This document shows positions 14,678 to 23,954 of a DNA stretch of 29,901 nt, one piece after another (positions within the stretch are counted from its first letter, which is position 1; the number at the start of each line of letters is the position of its first letter). A program made the translations under genes and the position numbers. Below the pieces are notes generated by a model that saw nothing but the letters and a program-made list of their open reading frames with translations, had not been told where the DNA came from and did not search any database. The stretch is from a virus (lineage: Duplodnaviria > Caudoviricetes): IMG/VR virus record IMGVR_UViG_3300010362_000076, positions 1 to 29,901 of that record; one strand, given 5' to 3'.

Positions 14678-16831
14678 ATGGCCCTGACGATCATCGACCT
14701 GAAGAGCCAGGTCACGTTCTCGGGCTCGGCGACGCCGCCCGCCTTCTCGACCAACCCCGCGGCTGGCGATCTGATCGTGCTCTGTCTCGAAGTCAACAAC
14801 CGTGGCGCGGCTGTGCCCACCGTCAGCGACAACAAGGGCAACACCTACACGCGCCTCGGGAGCATCGTCGACAACATCCCGGTCCTCAACGGCAGCGGCC
14901 TGATGTTCTACACGGTCGTCGTGACCGGCGGCGCGAGCTTCACGATCACGATCAACGTCGGCGCCTCGGTCGGCACGGCGTACGGCGCGTGGCTGATTCG
15001 CGGCGCGGCGGCGTCGCCCTACAACGGCGACGTGCGATCGGCGACGGGCACGGGCACCTCGATGGGGCCGGGCACACTCCCCGCCCCGCCGCAGACGTCG
15101 ATCGCGATCGCGTTTCTGTCGTTCGGCGGATCGGGCTATCCGAGCGGCGGCGTCCCGTCCGGGTGGAACGTCGTCGGCTCGAACGGGTTCACGTCGGGCA
15201 TGAACGGGCAGACGGCGCCGTCCAACTGGAGCGCGCCGTTCTGGGCCGACTGCCTGATGATCTACAAGGTCACCACGACCGCGGAGACGCCGGTCTGGAC
15301 GAATAGCGCGTCGGTCACCTGGCTGTCCCTGATCGCGAGCTTCAAGGACGACGGCCCGCCGCCGGTCTCCGGTCCGTACCCGACCATCATCCTCGCCGAC
15401 AACCCGGTCGCCTACTGGCGGATGAACGCGCGCTCGGGCACGCTCGAACTCGATCGCACGGCGAACCACAACGACGGCACGCTGAGTGGCGGCGTCACGT
15501 TGAACACCGCCGGCCCGCTGAGCGATCTCGATCCAGCGATGACCTTCGACGGGGTCGACGATCAGATCGTCGCCCCGGCGTCGACCAGTCTCAACGGCGT
15601 GGGCAACGGGAGCTTCACGATCGAGGTGTGGGTGAAGCCTGCCGTGACCGGGAACAGCTCGGTCATTTCCAAGAGTGCCTTGAGTGGCACGGGCGCCGAC
15701 GGGTGGCACTTGAGACTGCGGACGTCGAATCAAGCGCAACTGCGTGGCGGGGACGGGACCAACGTCTTCGCGGGTTCGTCTGCCGCGGGGTCGGTTCCCG
15801 TGGGTGTCTGGACACACGTCGTGGCCGTCCTCGATCGGACGCAGGCAACAATCCCACAGCTCTACATCAACGGCGTCGCCTCGGGGACGGGGAATCCCGC
15901 CGTCGCGATGGGGGCGCTCGCGCCCGCGAATCCGGTGCTCATCGGCGTGACACCCGAGGCCGCGACCAACTCGTTCAAGGGTGACTTGGATGAGATTGCG
16001 ATCTACGCCACGGTACTCACCCCGACGCAGATCGCCGCGCACTACGCCGCGCGCACCGCCGGCTACACCGAAGTCATCCGCGCCTCCACGCCCGCGGCCT
16101 ACTGGCGCCTGAACGACGCGAGCGGCACGACGGCGATCGAAGTGATCAACGCCGCCAACGCGACGATCACGCCGCCGGTCACCTACGCGAACCCCGGCCC
16201 GTCAGGCTCGACGGGCATCACGGCGATGGGCTTCAACGTCGCCGGCTACGCGCAGGTGAACTCGGTCCCCGCGATCGCGGCGCTGGCCCAGCTCTCGGTC
16301 GAGTGCCTCGTCTGGCTGCGTGAGCCGGTCGCGGTGGCCCAGTTCATCGAGAAGGCGATCAGCGCGGTCAGCGGCACCTGCTTCCGCATGTACTTCGAGC
16401 CGCCGTACACGATCTGGCGCATCTACCGGACGCCGGGCGGCGAGGGCAACTGGCAGCAAGTCGTCGGCCCGAAGCTGCGCTGGAACAGCTGGTATCACTG
16501 CGTCGGCACGTTCGACGGGACGACGCTGAAGTACTACGTCAACGGGATACTGATCGGCAGCAAGACCTACAACCCGATCGCGGTTGGCGACGGCGTCGTC
16601 ACCCTCGGGCGGATGACGCCGCCCAATACCTATCTGCATGACGGTTATCTCTGCGAAGTCGCGATCTACGCGCGGGCGCTCCCCGCGGATGAAGTCCTGA
16701 CGCACTCGACCGCCGCGGGCTCGCTCGGCATCGTCGACCTCGCGCCCCCTGACGGCGGCGGCGCGGGCGGCGGCGCGGCCACGCTCTACGCCACCGTGCC
16801 GATCGGCGTCACCTGGCCACCCTGGAGCTGA
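14678..16831 (+). CDS. virion surface protein with two LamG/ConA-like domains
   Basis: two repeats of P.AYWR.N..SGT ... FTIEVWVK/SVECLVW ... WTHVVAV/WYHCVGTFDG ... LYING/YYVNG ... G.LDEIAIY. Confidence 0.85.
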   Translation: MALTIIDLKSQVTFSGSATPPAFSTNPAAGDLIVLCLEVNNRGAAVPTVSDNKGNTYTRLGSIVDNIPVLNGSGLMFYTVVVTGGASFTITINVGASVGTAYGAWLIRGAAASPYNGDVRSATGTGTSMGPGTLPAPPQTSIAIAFLSFGGSGYPSGGVPSGWNVVGSNGFTSGMNGQTAPSNWSAPFWADCLMIYKVTTTAETPVWTNSASVTWLSLIASFKDDGPPPVSGPYPTIILADNPVAYWRMNARSGTLELDRTANHNDGTLSGGVTLNTAGPLSDLDPAMTFDGVDDQIVAPASTSLNGVGNGSFTIEVWVKPAVTGNSSVISKSALSGTGADGWHLRLRTSNQAQLRGGDGTNVFAGSSAAGSVPVGVWTHVVAVLDRTQATIPQLYINGVASGTGNPAVAMGALAPANPVLIGVTPEAATNSFKGDLDEIAIYATVLTPTQIAAHYAARTAGYTEVIRASTPAAYWRLNDASGTTAIEVINAANATITPPVTYANPGPSGSTGITAMGFNVAGYAQVNSVPAIAALAQLSVECLVWLREPVAVAQFIEKAISAVSGTCFRMYFEPPYTIWRIYRTPGGEGNWQQVVGPKLRWNSWYHCVGTFDGTTLKYYVNGILIGSKTYNPIAVGDGVVTLGRMTPPNTYLHDGYLCEVAIYARALPADEVLTHSTAAGSLGIVDLAPPDGGGAGGGAATLYATVPIGVTWPPWS

Positions 16832-16833
16832 TC

Positions 16834-17166
16834 ATGATTCAGTCGTACGGCAAGCTCACGCCGACGCCCGGTACGCCACTGCGCGCGACACAGAACGTCA
16901 GCGCCGCGGACAAGACGTTGCGCGTCCACGGCGTCTTGATTCAGGCGCTGTGGAGCAACACGGGGCGCGTCTACATCGGGAAGCAGACGCTCAGCCGCAC
17001 CAACGCGACGGACCTGTTCGCGGTCCTGCCCGCGCCAGGCGCGGGCGCGCTGCCCGCGTTCAGCGCCGCGATCACCACGCAGCCCGCCGGCGTCAACGTC
17101 AACGACATCTGGGTCGACGTCGACACGGCGAACGACGGCGTGCTGGTCACGGTGCTGGTGTCGTGA
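16834..17166 (+). CDS. small beta-rich structural/decoration protein (paralog A)
   Basis: QALWSNTGRVYIG motif; clear paralog of 18266-18604. Confidence 0.7.
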   Translation: MIQSYGKLTPTPGTPLRATQNVSAADKTLRVHGVLIQALWSNTGRVYIGKQTLSRTNATDLFAVLPAPGAGALPAFSAAITTQPAGVNVNDIWVDVDTANDGVLVTVLVS

Positions 17167-17408
17167 TGTGGCCCGCCGCGTTGCCGCTGAGCGTTGAATC
17201 TGACCCGCACGTCGGCGGGACGCCGCTCCTGCTCGTCGGGACCAGCGTCACGCCGGTGGATCTGCTGACGCTGCGCGTCCTGGCGTTGGAGCAGGACGTC
17301 GCGGGCTTGCGGGCGCACGTCGAGGCGATTGAGGCGACGCTGGCGCGCACCTGGTGGGACCGGCTGCGCGACTGGGTGCAGCTGCACTGGGAGTTGATCC
17401 GTGGCTGA
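17166..17408 (+). CDS. hypothetical coiled-coil protein
   Basis: TGATG-coupled; LRVLALEQDVAGLRAHVEAIE, TWWDRLRDW. Confidence 0.6.
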   Translation: MWPAALPLSVESDPHVGGTPLLLVGTSVTPVDLLTLRVLALEQDVAGLRAHVEAIEATLARTWWDRLRDWVQLHWELIRG

Positions 17409-18084
17409 CAAAAAGATCACCGAGCTGACGGCGATCGACGCGGTTCAACCGACCGACCTGATCGTCGTCATCGACGATCCGAGCGGGACGCCGATCACCA
17501 AGAAGGCGACGGTCAACCAGCTGCCCGGCGGGAGCTTCGACACCGCGGCGGATTACACCCTCACCGGGCAGTGGGCGTTCAAACGCGCGGACGCGCCGGC
17601 CACCCTCGCGGTGCGGATTACCGACCCGCTCGGGAACGATCTGATTCGCATCGGCACGACCAACTACGGGGCGCAGGGCACGATCGCGTTCATAGGCCAG
17701 GAGGGCAATCTCAACGTCGCGCAGCGGATCGCCCTGCGGCACGACGGATTCCTGCTCTCGGGCTGGACGCAACAGAGCTGGTCCAATTCTGGCAGTGCGA
17801 CCGGCGGCATCCCAGACGTGGGGCTCTATCGGGTCGCGGCGAAGACGCTGCGCGTGCATGACGGCAGCGGCCCGGTGAGCTTGAACGACTTCAGCGCGGC
17901 GAAAGGCGGCGGGCTGGTCGTGGGCGACATCGCCGCGAACAGTCCGCGCCCGACTGCCGACGCGACGCACCGCGGGATGATCTGGTCGACCTGGGGCGTA
18001 GCTGGGGTCGCAGACACCTGCGAGATGTGCATGAAAAAGGCCGACGACACCTACGCCTGGGTGACGATCGTGACCGCGCCATGA
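17401..18084 (+). CDS. fibre-like virion protein
   Basis: N-terminal MADKKITELTA...DLIVV...TKKATV motif typical of phage fibre attachment segments. Confidence 0.7.
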   Translation: MADKKITELTAIDAVQPTDLIVVIDDPSGTPITKKATVNQLPGGSFDTAADYTLTGQWAFKRADAPATLAVRITDPLGNDLIRIGTTNYGAQGTIAFIGQEGNLNVAQRIALRHDGFLLSGWTQQSWSNSGSATGGIPDVGLYRVAAKTLRVHDGSGPVSLNDFSAAKGGGLVVGDIAANSPRPTADATHRGMIWSTWGVAGVADTCEMCMKKADDTYAWVTIVTAP

Positions 18085-18269
18085 GCGTCGAGCGCCTGCT
18101 GCAGGAGGACGCCGGCCGTCTCACGCTCGAAGACGGCAGCGGCTTCGTGCTCCTCGAATCGAGCACCGCGCCACCGAGTGGCGGCGGCGGCGACACGGGC
18201 GCGTCCGACCTGGGCGGCGGGCAGAGCTTCCCCGACATCGACCTCGGTGAGAGCTGGAGCTTCGGATGA
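18081..18269 (+). CDS. small acidic structural protein
   Basis: ATGA-coupled; LLQEDAGRLTLEDGSGFVLLE. Confidence 0.6.
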   Translation: MSVERLLQEDAGRLTLEDGSGFVLLESSTAPPSGGGGDTGASDLGGGQSFPDIDLGESWSFG

Positions 18270-18604
18270 TTCAATCCCTCGGCAAGCTGACGCCCACACC
18301 GGGGACGCCGCTGCGTGCGACGACCAACTTGCCCGGCACGCCCGAGCACCCGCGCCTCGCCGTGCACGGCGTGATGTTCCAGGCGCTGCCGACCAACGTC
18401 GGCCGCGTCTACATCGGCACACCGACCTTGAATCGCACGACGTTCGTCGGGCTCTACGCGATTCTCGCCGTGCCCGCCGGGCCGGCGCTGCCGACTTTCA
18501 GTACCGCGCTGACGCTCGCGCCGAATGCGATCAACGTCGCCGACTTCTGGGTCGATGTCGATACCGGCGGCGACGGCGTCCTCGTAACCGTGCTGGTGGC
18601 GTGA
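18266..18604 (+). CDS. small beta-rich structural/decoration protein (paralog B)
   Basis: MIQSLGKLTPTPGTPLRAT...QALPTNVGRVYIG...WVDVDT..DGVLVTVLV. Confidence 0.7.
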   Translation: MIQSLGKLTPTPGTPLRATTNLPGTPEHPRLAVHGVMFQALPTNVGRVYIGTPTLNRTTFVGLYAILAVPAGPALPTFSTALTLAPNAINVADFWVDVDTGGDGVLVTVLVA

Positions 18605-19374
18605 TGGCTGAGAAGAAGAAGAAACCCGCGGCGTCTCCCTCGGTCAAGGCGCGCATGACCGGCATCGCCGATCTGCCCGAGCCCGAGCTGCCGCCGTCGC
18701 AGACGTTCACGCCGGCCAAGTCGGGTCTGCCGTCGTCGCCCTGGTTCACGCCGAGTGAACTCGCCGAAGGCTCGATCACCGGTGAGCTGCGCCGTCGCGC
18801 CGGGAACTTTCTCAGCCGCGTCCTCAACCCGCACAACCTGCGCTCGACTGGCGAGCGGGTCACACAACTGCCCGATCGGCCGTACGAGCTGAAGGACCCC
18901 CGCTCGCTGCAGGACTGGTGGTCGCCTGGCGCGCGGGGCATCGCGACGAATAAGGACGCCAACGTCGACTTGGCAGATACGCTGCTCTCGCAGCAGTACC
19001 CGGAAGCGGTCCGCCACAGCAACTCGGTGCGGCTCCAGGGGATGCCGTCGAAGTACTGGGGCTTGTTCCATCACGACAACAACGCGATCGAAATTTCGCC
19101 GAACCATCCCAACTTCGAGAGCCTGATGACGACGTTCCGCCACGAGCTGGCGCACGGGATGGGCCTGCCCGATCGGCGCGACCAGGACTACCGCGACGCG
19201 CCGAACGCCTCCGACGCCACCCTCAACTGGCTGCGCACCGCGCGCCAGACCGAGCCCGACACGACCGACATCAACCAGGCGAGCAGCCTGCTGCACCGCG
19301 ACATCGCGCTGCCGAACGAGTCCGCGCTCGCCCGGCGCACCCAACCGATCGCACCGATCAAGGGGACGCGCTGA
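18604..19374 (+). CDS. putative zincin-like metallopeptidase
   Basis: ATG 18604; WGLFHHDNNAIEI...TFRHELAHG (HExxH with preceding strands). Confidence 0.65.
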   Translation: MAEKKKKPAASPSVKARMTGIADLPEPELPPSQTFTPAKSGLPSSPWFTPSELAEGSITGELRRRAGNFLSRVLNPHNLRSTGERVTQLPDRPYELKDPRSLQDWWSPGARGIATNKDANVDLADTLLSQQYPEAVRHSNSVRLQGMPSKYWGLFHHDNNAIEISPNHPNFESLMTTFRHELAHGMGLPDRRDQDYRDAPNASDATLNWLRTARQTEPDTTDINQASSLLHRDIALPNESALARRTQPIAPIKGTR

Positions 19375-19856
19375 TGGCGCTGCACGACTACTTCTGTCAG
19401 GTCTGTGGCCAGGTGCTGACCGACGTCAACGTCCCCTGCGCGATCGGCGCGCAGAAGGGCGCGCCGCTCCATTGCGACCGCCCGATGAACTGGATTCCGG
19501 CGATCGGCCGGATGGACGCCTACGAACCGTTCCAGGAGTTCGAGACCTTCGACGGGCAGAACCAACCCGTCGTCGTCGAGTCGCTGCGGCAGCTGCGCGC
19601 GATCGAGCGCGACAGCGAGCAACGCTACCGCGACGGCGAGGGCCAGCCGCTCGTCTGGCGCCGCTACAGCAACGACCGATCGAACCACGACGTCCACGCG
19701 CTGCACCCGAAGTGGGAGGGCGGCGAGCAACCCGATCCGGCCTGGGTCAAAAAGCACGGCGCGTCGTTGCGGCGCGGCCAGCCGACCGATGCGGATCTCG
19801 CCTACGGTCCCGGCGTCGATGAATCCACGCCCACGGGTCTCGATCACCTGAAGTAG
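19374..19856 (+). CDS. FmdB-like zinc-ribbon protein
   Basis: MALHDYFCQVCG...HC..PM; portal-adjacent. Confidence 0.65.
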   Translation: MALHDYFCQVCGQVLTDVNVPCAIGAQKGAPLHCDRPMNWIPAIGRMDAYEPFQEFETFDGQNQPVVVESLRQLRAIERDSEQRYRDGEGQPLVWRRYSNDRSNHDVHALHPKWEGGEQPDPAWVKKHGASLRRGQPTDADLAYGPGVDESTPTGLDHLK

Positions 19857-19858
19857 CC

Positions 19859-22003
19859 ATGCCTGACTTCTCTCCCTCCGGCGTCCTCGATCTCCCGCGC
19901 GCCAGCGCCGAAGCGCTGCTGCACGGCGATCCGCGTGTGCTCAACTGGTTGCGCGAGTGGATTCAGGAAGGGGACGCGATCAACCGCGCCGATCCCTCCT
20001 ACGACATGATCGGGCCGGCGCAGGCGTACATCGTCGGCGAGCAGCGCTCAGCCGAAACCTGCAAGTTGAAGTACCTCCCACAGGTGACGATCAACGAGAC
20101 GCGCAAAGCGATGCAGGCGCACGTCTCGGCGATCACCGACCTCAAGCCCGTCGCCGGGTGGAAGTCGAATCCCGAGTACCAGGTGCAGGCGACGATGCTG
20201 AACCAGTACCTCATGGCCGAGTGGATCACGACCATGATGGATCTCGATCTCGGCGACTGTGTGAAGTACTCGCTCGCCGGCGGCACCGGCGACCTGGTGA
20301 TCGATTGGGACCCGCATGTGCCGCAGGGCGGCGCGCACGCGCTCTCGGCGCGCGATCCCCGCGACACCCTGCCGCTGCGTCCGTCCTTCGGCCGCTCCGT
20401 CCAAACCTGGGAAGGCGTCTGCTTCCGCGAAGAGCACACCGTCAACGTGCTGCGCGGCATGTATCCTACCCGCGCGCATCTCTTCCGCGCGGCGACCGAC
20501 ACGATGCTCGGCCGCGTCATGGGTCGCTTCCGCACCGGGCTCTCGCGCCTGATCACGCCGGCCGATCCGCTCGACACGATCGCCTTCGGCGGTACCGCCG
20601 GCACGACGCGCAAGGCGCGGCTCGGCGCCCTGGTCCTCTACCGCGCCTACTTCCGCGACCGCACGCGCAACCTCACCACCAAACCGATCACAATGGGCAC
20701 GCCGGGCGCGAACTGGTCGTACGTCGTCAACCCTGGCGAGCCGCTCTACCCGCGCGGCCGGCTGATCGTCGCGACCGACGACGTGCTGATCTACGACGGG
20801 CCGAACACGTACTGGCACGGCATGTACCCGTTCTGCCGCATGAAGCTCTGGTCGGTCCCGTGGCAGTTCCTCGGCATTCCGCTCTTCAACGATCTGCTGC
20901 CGCTGCAGGACGCGATCAACGACACCGTGCAGGACATTCGCCTGGCGATGCGGCAGTGGATGAATCCCGACATCACCTACAACCGCAACGCGGTCAGCGA
21001 AGCGACGATGAAGCTGATGGACCCGCGGCGTCCTGGCAAGCGGGTGAAGGTGATGCCCGGCTTCGGCGATCCGTGGAAGAAGGAAGAGGGGCCGAACCCG
21101 TCCGTCATCCAAATGGGGCTCGAACTGTGGGAGCGGCTCACGCAGAAGTTCACCGACCTCAGCGGCACCGCGAATCTCTCGGCGCTCCTGCAGCTCCGGC
21201 AGATGCCCAGCGCCGACACGATCCAGAAGTACTACGAGGCGCTGACGCCGGAGATTCGATCGGAGGCGCGCCAGGTCGAGCTGTTCCTGCGCGACTTCTC
21301 CGAGATGATCAAGTGCAACTACTTCCAGTTCCTCTCGGCGAAGAAGCGCGTCCAGATCCTCGGCACCGGCGGGCAAATGCTCGACGAGTTCGACTTCGAT
21401 CCCGATCAGTTCGTCCCGGCGCTGCGCCCCAACGATCCCGGCTACACGCCGGAGCTGGACGCCGACAACACCACGCGCGACGAGCGGGCGCAGTTCTTCC
21501 ACAAGCAGTTCATCTTCGTCGTCGCCCCGAACAGCGTCCTGGCGATGGACGCGACCGAGCGCAAGATGATGCGCGTGCAGCTCGCGCGCATGGGCTACTA
21601 CGACTTCTGGTCGCTGCACGAGACGCTCGAAACGCCGAACGTCGGCGCGCCGCCGGCCGTGCCCCTGCCGCCGCTCAGTCCGCCGCCGCCTGACGCGCTC
21701 TCGCAGATCCTGATGCAGGTACAGAACACGCCGGGCGCGATGCAGGCGATGGTCGCCGGGGCGATGCCGCTGCCGCAGTACCAAGACCCGCTGACCGGGC
21801 GCACGTTCCAGATGGACCCCAGCTCCGGCCAGATTCTCGAACTGCGTGTCCCGGTCACCGTCACCGAGCGGCTCCAGGCGCAGGCGATGATGGGCATCGG
21901 CCAGACCGTCAATCCCGCGGGCCGCAAAGCCTCCGGCCAGGAAGCGCCGCAGCAGGAGGAGAAGTCGGATGGCCGCTCGACGATCACCGAGAGCAAGAAG
22001 TGA
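19859..22003 (+). CDS. portal protein (P22/podovirus-like size)
   Basis: 714 aa; NPY/HGMYPF-type region, GIPLFNDLLPLQDAIN; position between terL and scaffold/capsid. Confidence 0.85.
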   Translation: MPDFSPSGVLDLPRASAEALLHGDPRVLNWLREWIQEGDAINRADPSYDMIGPAQAYIVGEQRSAETCKLKYLPQVTINETRKAMQAHVSAITDLKPVAGWKSNPEYQVQATMLNQYLMAEWITTMMDLDLGDCVKYSLAGGTGDLVIDWDPHVPQGGAHALSARDPRDTLPLRPSFGRSVQTWEGVCFREEHTVNVLRGMYPTRAHLFRAATDTMLGRVMGRFRTGLSRLITPADPLDTIAFGGTAGTTRKARLGALVLYRAYFRDRTRNLTTKPITMGTPGANWSYVVNPGEPLYPRGRLIVATDDVLIYDGPNTYWHGMYPFCRMKLWSVPWQFLGIPLFNDLLPLQDAINDTVQDIRLAMRQWMNPDITYNRNAVSEATMKLMDPRRPGKRVKVMPGFGDPWKKEEGPNPSVIQMGLELWERLTQKFTDLSGTANLSALLQLRQMPSADTIQKYYEALTPEIRSEARQVELFLRDFSEMIKCNYFQFLSAKKRVQILGTGGQMLDEFDFDPDQFVPALRPNDPGYTPELDADNTTRDERAQFFHKQFIFVVAPNSVLAMDATERKMMRVQLARMGYYDFWSLHETLETPNVGAPPAVPLPPLSPPPPDALSQILMQVQNTPGAMQAMVAGAMPLPQYQDPLTGRTFQMDPSSGQILELRVPVTVTERLQAQAMMGIGQTVNPAGRKASGQEAPQQEEKSDGRSTITESKK

Positions 22004-22009
22004 CGGGAC

Positions 22010-22273
22010 GTGGTGGCCGCTGACACGCTCGCCGCGGTCCTGAAGTTCCTGCACGAAGGCGGGCTGCTCGCGGTGCTCGTGCTCATTCTCGTCGGCGGCT
22101 ACAAACGCTGGTGGGTCTGGGGCTGGCATCACCAGAACGTGATCGACCGCTACGAACAATCCGTGAAAGACGTGCGCGACGATCGGGACGACTGGAAGCA
22201 CCTGGTCGTCGCCGCACACGTCCGCGAGCGCCGGTCCGCCCCCCGTACCGCCACGCCGGCTGGGGGGTCTTGA
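22010..22273 (+). CDS. small membrane protein, holin-like
   Basis: TM GGLLAVLVLILVGG, WWVWG, then charged helix DRDDWK. Confidence 0.55.
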   Translation: MVAADTLAAVLKFLHEGGLLAVLVLILVGGYKRWWVWGWHHQNVIDRYEQSVKDVRDDRDDWKHLVVAAHVRERRSAPRTATPAGGS

Positions 22274-22298
22274 CGCGTCTGCATTCTCCGCTGACCCT
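22270..22298 (+). promoter_or_regulatory. possible sigma70-type promoter for the head genes
   Basis: TTGACG-N17-GACCCT, 8 nt before an SD-less GTG; spacer resembles that of the 6100-6129 promoter. Confidence 0.4.
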
Positions 22299-22306
22299 CA
22301 CGGTCA

Positions 22307-22474
22307 GTGCCGCTCACCAGCTCCGGCAGCAAAGTCCTCAGCTCGATGCAGTCGACCTACGGCCCTGAGAAGGGCGAGCGGGTCTTCTACGCCTCGATCA
22401 ACAAGGGCAAACCGGGCAGCAGCAAATGGCACGGGAAGAGCGCGAGCAAACCTCGCGACCTGAGCAAGAGGTGA
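22307..22474 (+). CDS. 55-aa basic phage protein (not in ORF track)
   Basis: MPLTSSGSKVLSSMQSTYGPEKGERVFYASINKG..., matching a recurrent phage motif MPLT..G.K....M...YG..KG..VFYAS.NKG. Confidence 0.75.
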   Translation: MPLTSSGSKVLSSMQSTYGPEKGERVFYASINKGKPGSSKWHGKSASKPRDLSKR

Positions 22475-22477
22475 CCG

Positions 22478-22651
22478 ATGGCGTTCCCGAATAAGTTCGG
22501 CGGCGGTCCTCCTGACGACAGCGATAGCGGCAAGGCGCCGCCGTTCCAGAAGAAGAAGTCAGGCAAGCCGTTCGGGCGGAAGGGCGGCTTCCAGAAGAAG
22601 GGCTTCTCGCCCGCGATGAAGAAGTCGATGAGCGGCGGGGGTCGCTTCTAG
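22478..22651 (+). CDS. 57-aa Lys/Gly/Phe-rich peptide (not in ORF track)
   Basis: GAGG RBS; MAFPNKFGGGPPDDSDSGKAPPFQKKKSGKPFGRKGGFQKKGF...; TAG overlaps next GTG. Confidence 0.65.
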   Translation: MAFPNKFGGGPPDDSDSGKAPPFQKKKSGKPFGRKGGFQKKGFSPAMKKSMSGGGRF

Positions 22652-23058
22652 TGGCGTTCCCGCCTGCCCTGCCTGGTGGCGGGTTCCCTGGCATTGGTCC
22701 GTCATCCGGGGCGACCGCGCTCGATGGTCCGCCACCGCCGCCGAATGCGATGGGCGGTGATCCCTCCGGCTCGTTCTCGATGAGCGGGCTCGCCGCGCAG
22801 CTCCCCTCGACGCAGATGCCGCCCGAAGTCCTGACCGGCATCACGCAGTCGGCGCAGCCGATCTTCCAGCTGCTCGACTCCTGGGCGCAGATCGCGCCCG
22901 ACCTCGGGCTCGACATCGAAATGGCCAAGCAACAGATCCAAGCGATCCTCGCCAAGCTCCAGCAAACCGGCGCGGGTCCTGTCTCTCCCACCGCCCCCGG
23001 CCCGGCGTTCCCCGGCGGCGGTATCGACCAAGGGCTCCCTGGCCCTGGGAGCGTGTGA
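22651..23058 (+). CDS. Pro/Gly-rich protein with central helical hairpin
   Basis: coupled start; typical pre-scaffold gene position. Confidence 0.7.
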   Translation: MAFPPALPGGGFPGIGPSSGATALDGPPPPPNAMGGDPSGSFSMSGLAAQLPSTQMPPEVLTGITQSAQPIFQLLDSWAQIAPDLGLDIEMAKQQIQAILAKLQQTGAGPVSPTAPGPAFPGGGIDQGLPGPGSV

Positions 23059-23147
23059 ACGTCACAACGCGGACGGAGGCGCGACGGTGATCTCGCCCGG
23101 CGACGGAGGGTCACCGAGACGCTGGCCTGTCAGCGACGGAGGATGGC

Positions 23148-23954
23148 ATGGGAGCGTACGAATCGGGACAAGCCTTTATCGCCAGCGTGCTCGCCAAGCT
23201 GCCGGAAGCGCAGCGTGAGGCCGCTCGGGTGATCTTCGAGGCTGCAGACGCGAAGGATGCGGTCACCGTTCTCGGTGACGGCACACTGGCTCGCAGTGAC
23301 TACAGCCGCTCGATGGACGCCATGCGCGAGAAGGAGACGCAGCTCAACGATCACTACACCCGCTTGAACGACTGGTACACGGTCAACAAGGACGCGCTCG
23401 AAGCCGCGAAGACGGCGCGCGACGGCGATCTGAAGACGCCGGCGAACAACGTCGTCGATCCGGCGCGGGGCAAAGAGGATCTGCAGACGCCAGCGACCTT
23501 CACGCTCGACGACGTGCGCCGCATCGCTGACGAAGCGGTGAACACCGCGGGCAAGGACTACATCGCGGTCAGCGCGTTCATCGCCAACCAGGCGTCGCGG
23601 CATCTCGCGCTCTTCGGCGAGCCACTCGACGCGCTGGAGATCGCGCAGAACCCGAAGGTCGGCCGTCCGATCGCTGGACAGCCGGGGCGCATCTTCAGTC
23701 TGCAGGACGCCTACCTCGAAAAGTACGGCGAGCGGCTGCAGGAGAAGTACAAGGCCGCCGAAGAGAAACGCTTCAACGACGAGGTCGATCGGCGGCTCGC
23801 CGAACGACAGAAGCAGAACACGTCGCATCCGTTCCCGCTCAGGAGCGAGTCCAGTCCGCTCGACGTGCTCTCGACCAAGGACGGCCCCGCGCAACACACG
23901 CTCGACACCGCGGTCGCCGAATACGAACGACTCCAAGCTGCGCGTGGCAGCTAG
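23148..23954 (+). CDS. putative capsid scaffolding protein
   Basis: helical, charged, immediately upstream of MCP; DYSR motif; GGAGG RBS. Confidence 0.7.
   Translation: MGAYESGQAFIASVLAKLPEAQREAARVIFEAADAKDAVTVLGDGTLARSDYSRSMDAMREKETQLNDHYTRLNDWYTVNKDALEAAKTARDGDLKTPANNVVDPARGKEDLQTPATFTLDDVRRIADEAVNTAGKDYIAVSAFIANQASRHLALFGEPLDALEIAQNPKVGRPIAGQPGRIFSLQDAYLEKYGERLQEKYKAAEEKRFNDEVDRRLAERQKQNTSHPFPLRSESSPLDVLSTKDGPAQHTLDTAVAEYERLQAARGS

Noticed and set aside
16834-18604. Paralog pair as a DGR template/variable repeat
   Set aside because: Differences are not adenine-specific, both copies are intact genes, and no reverse transcriptase is in the window
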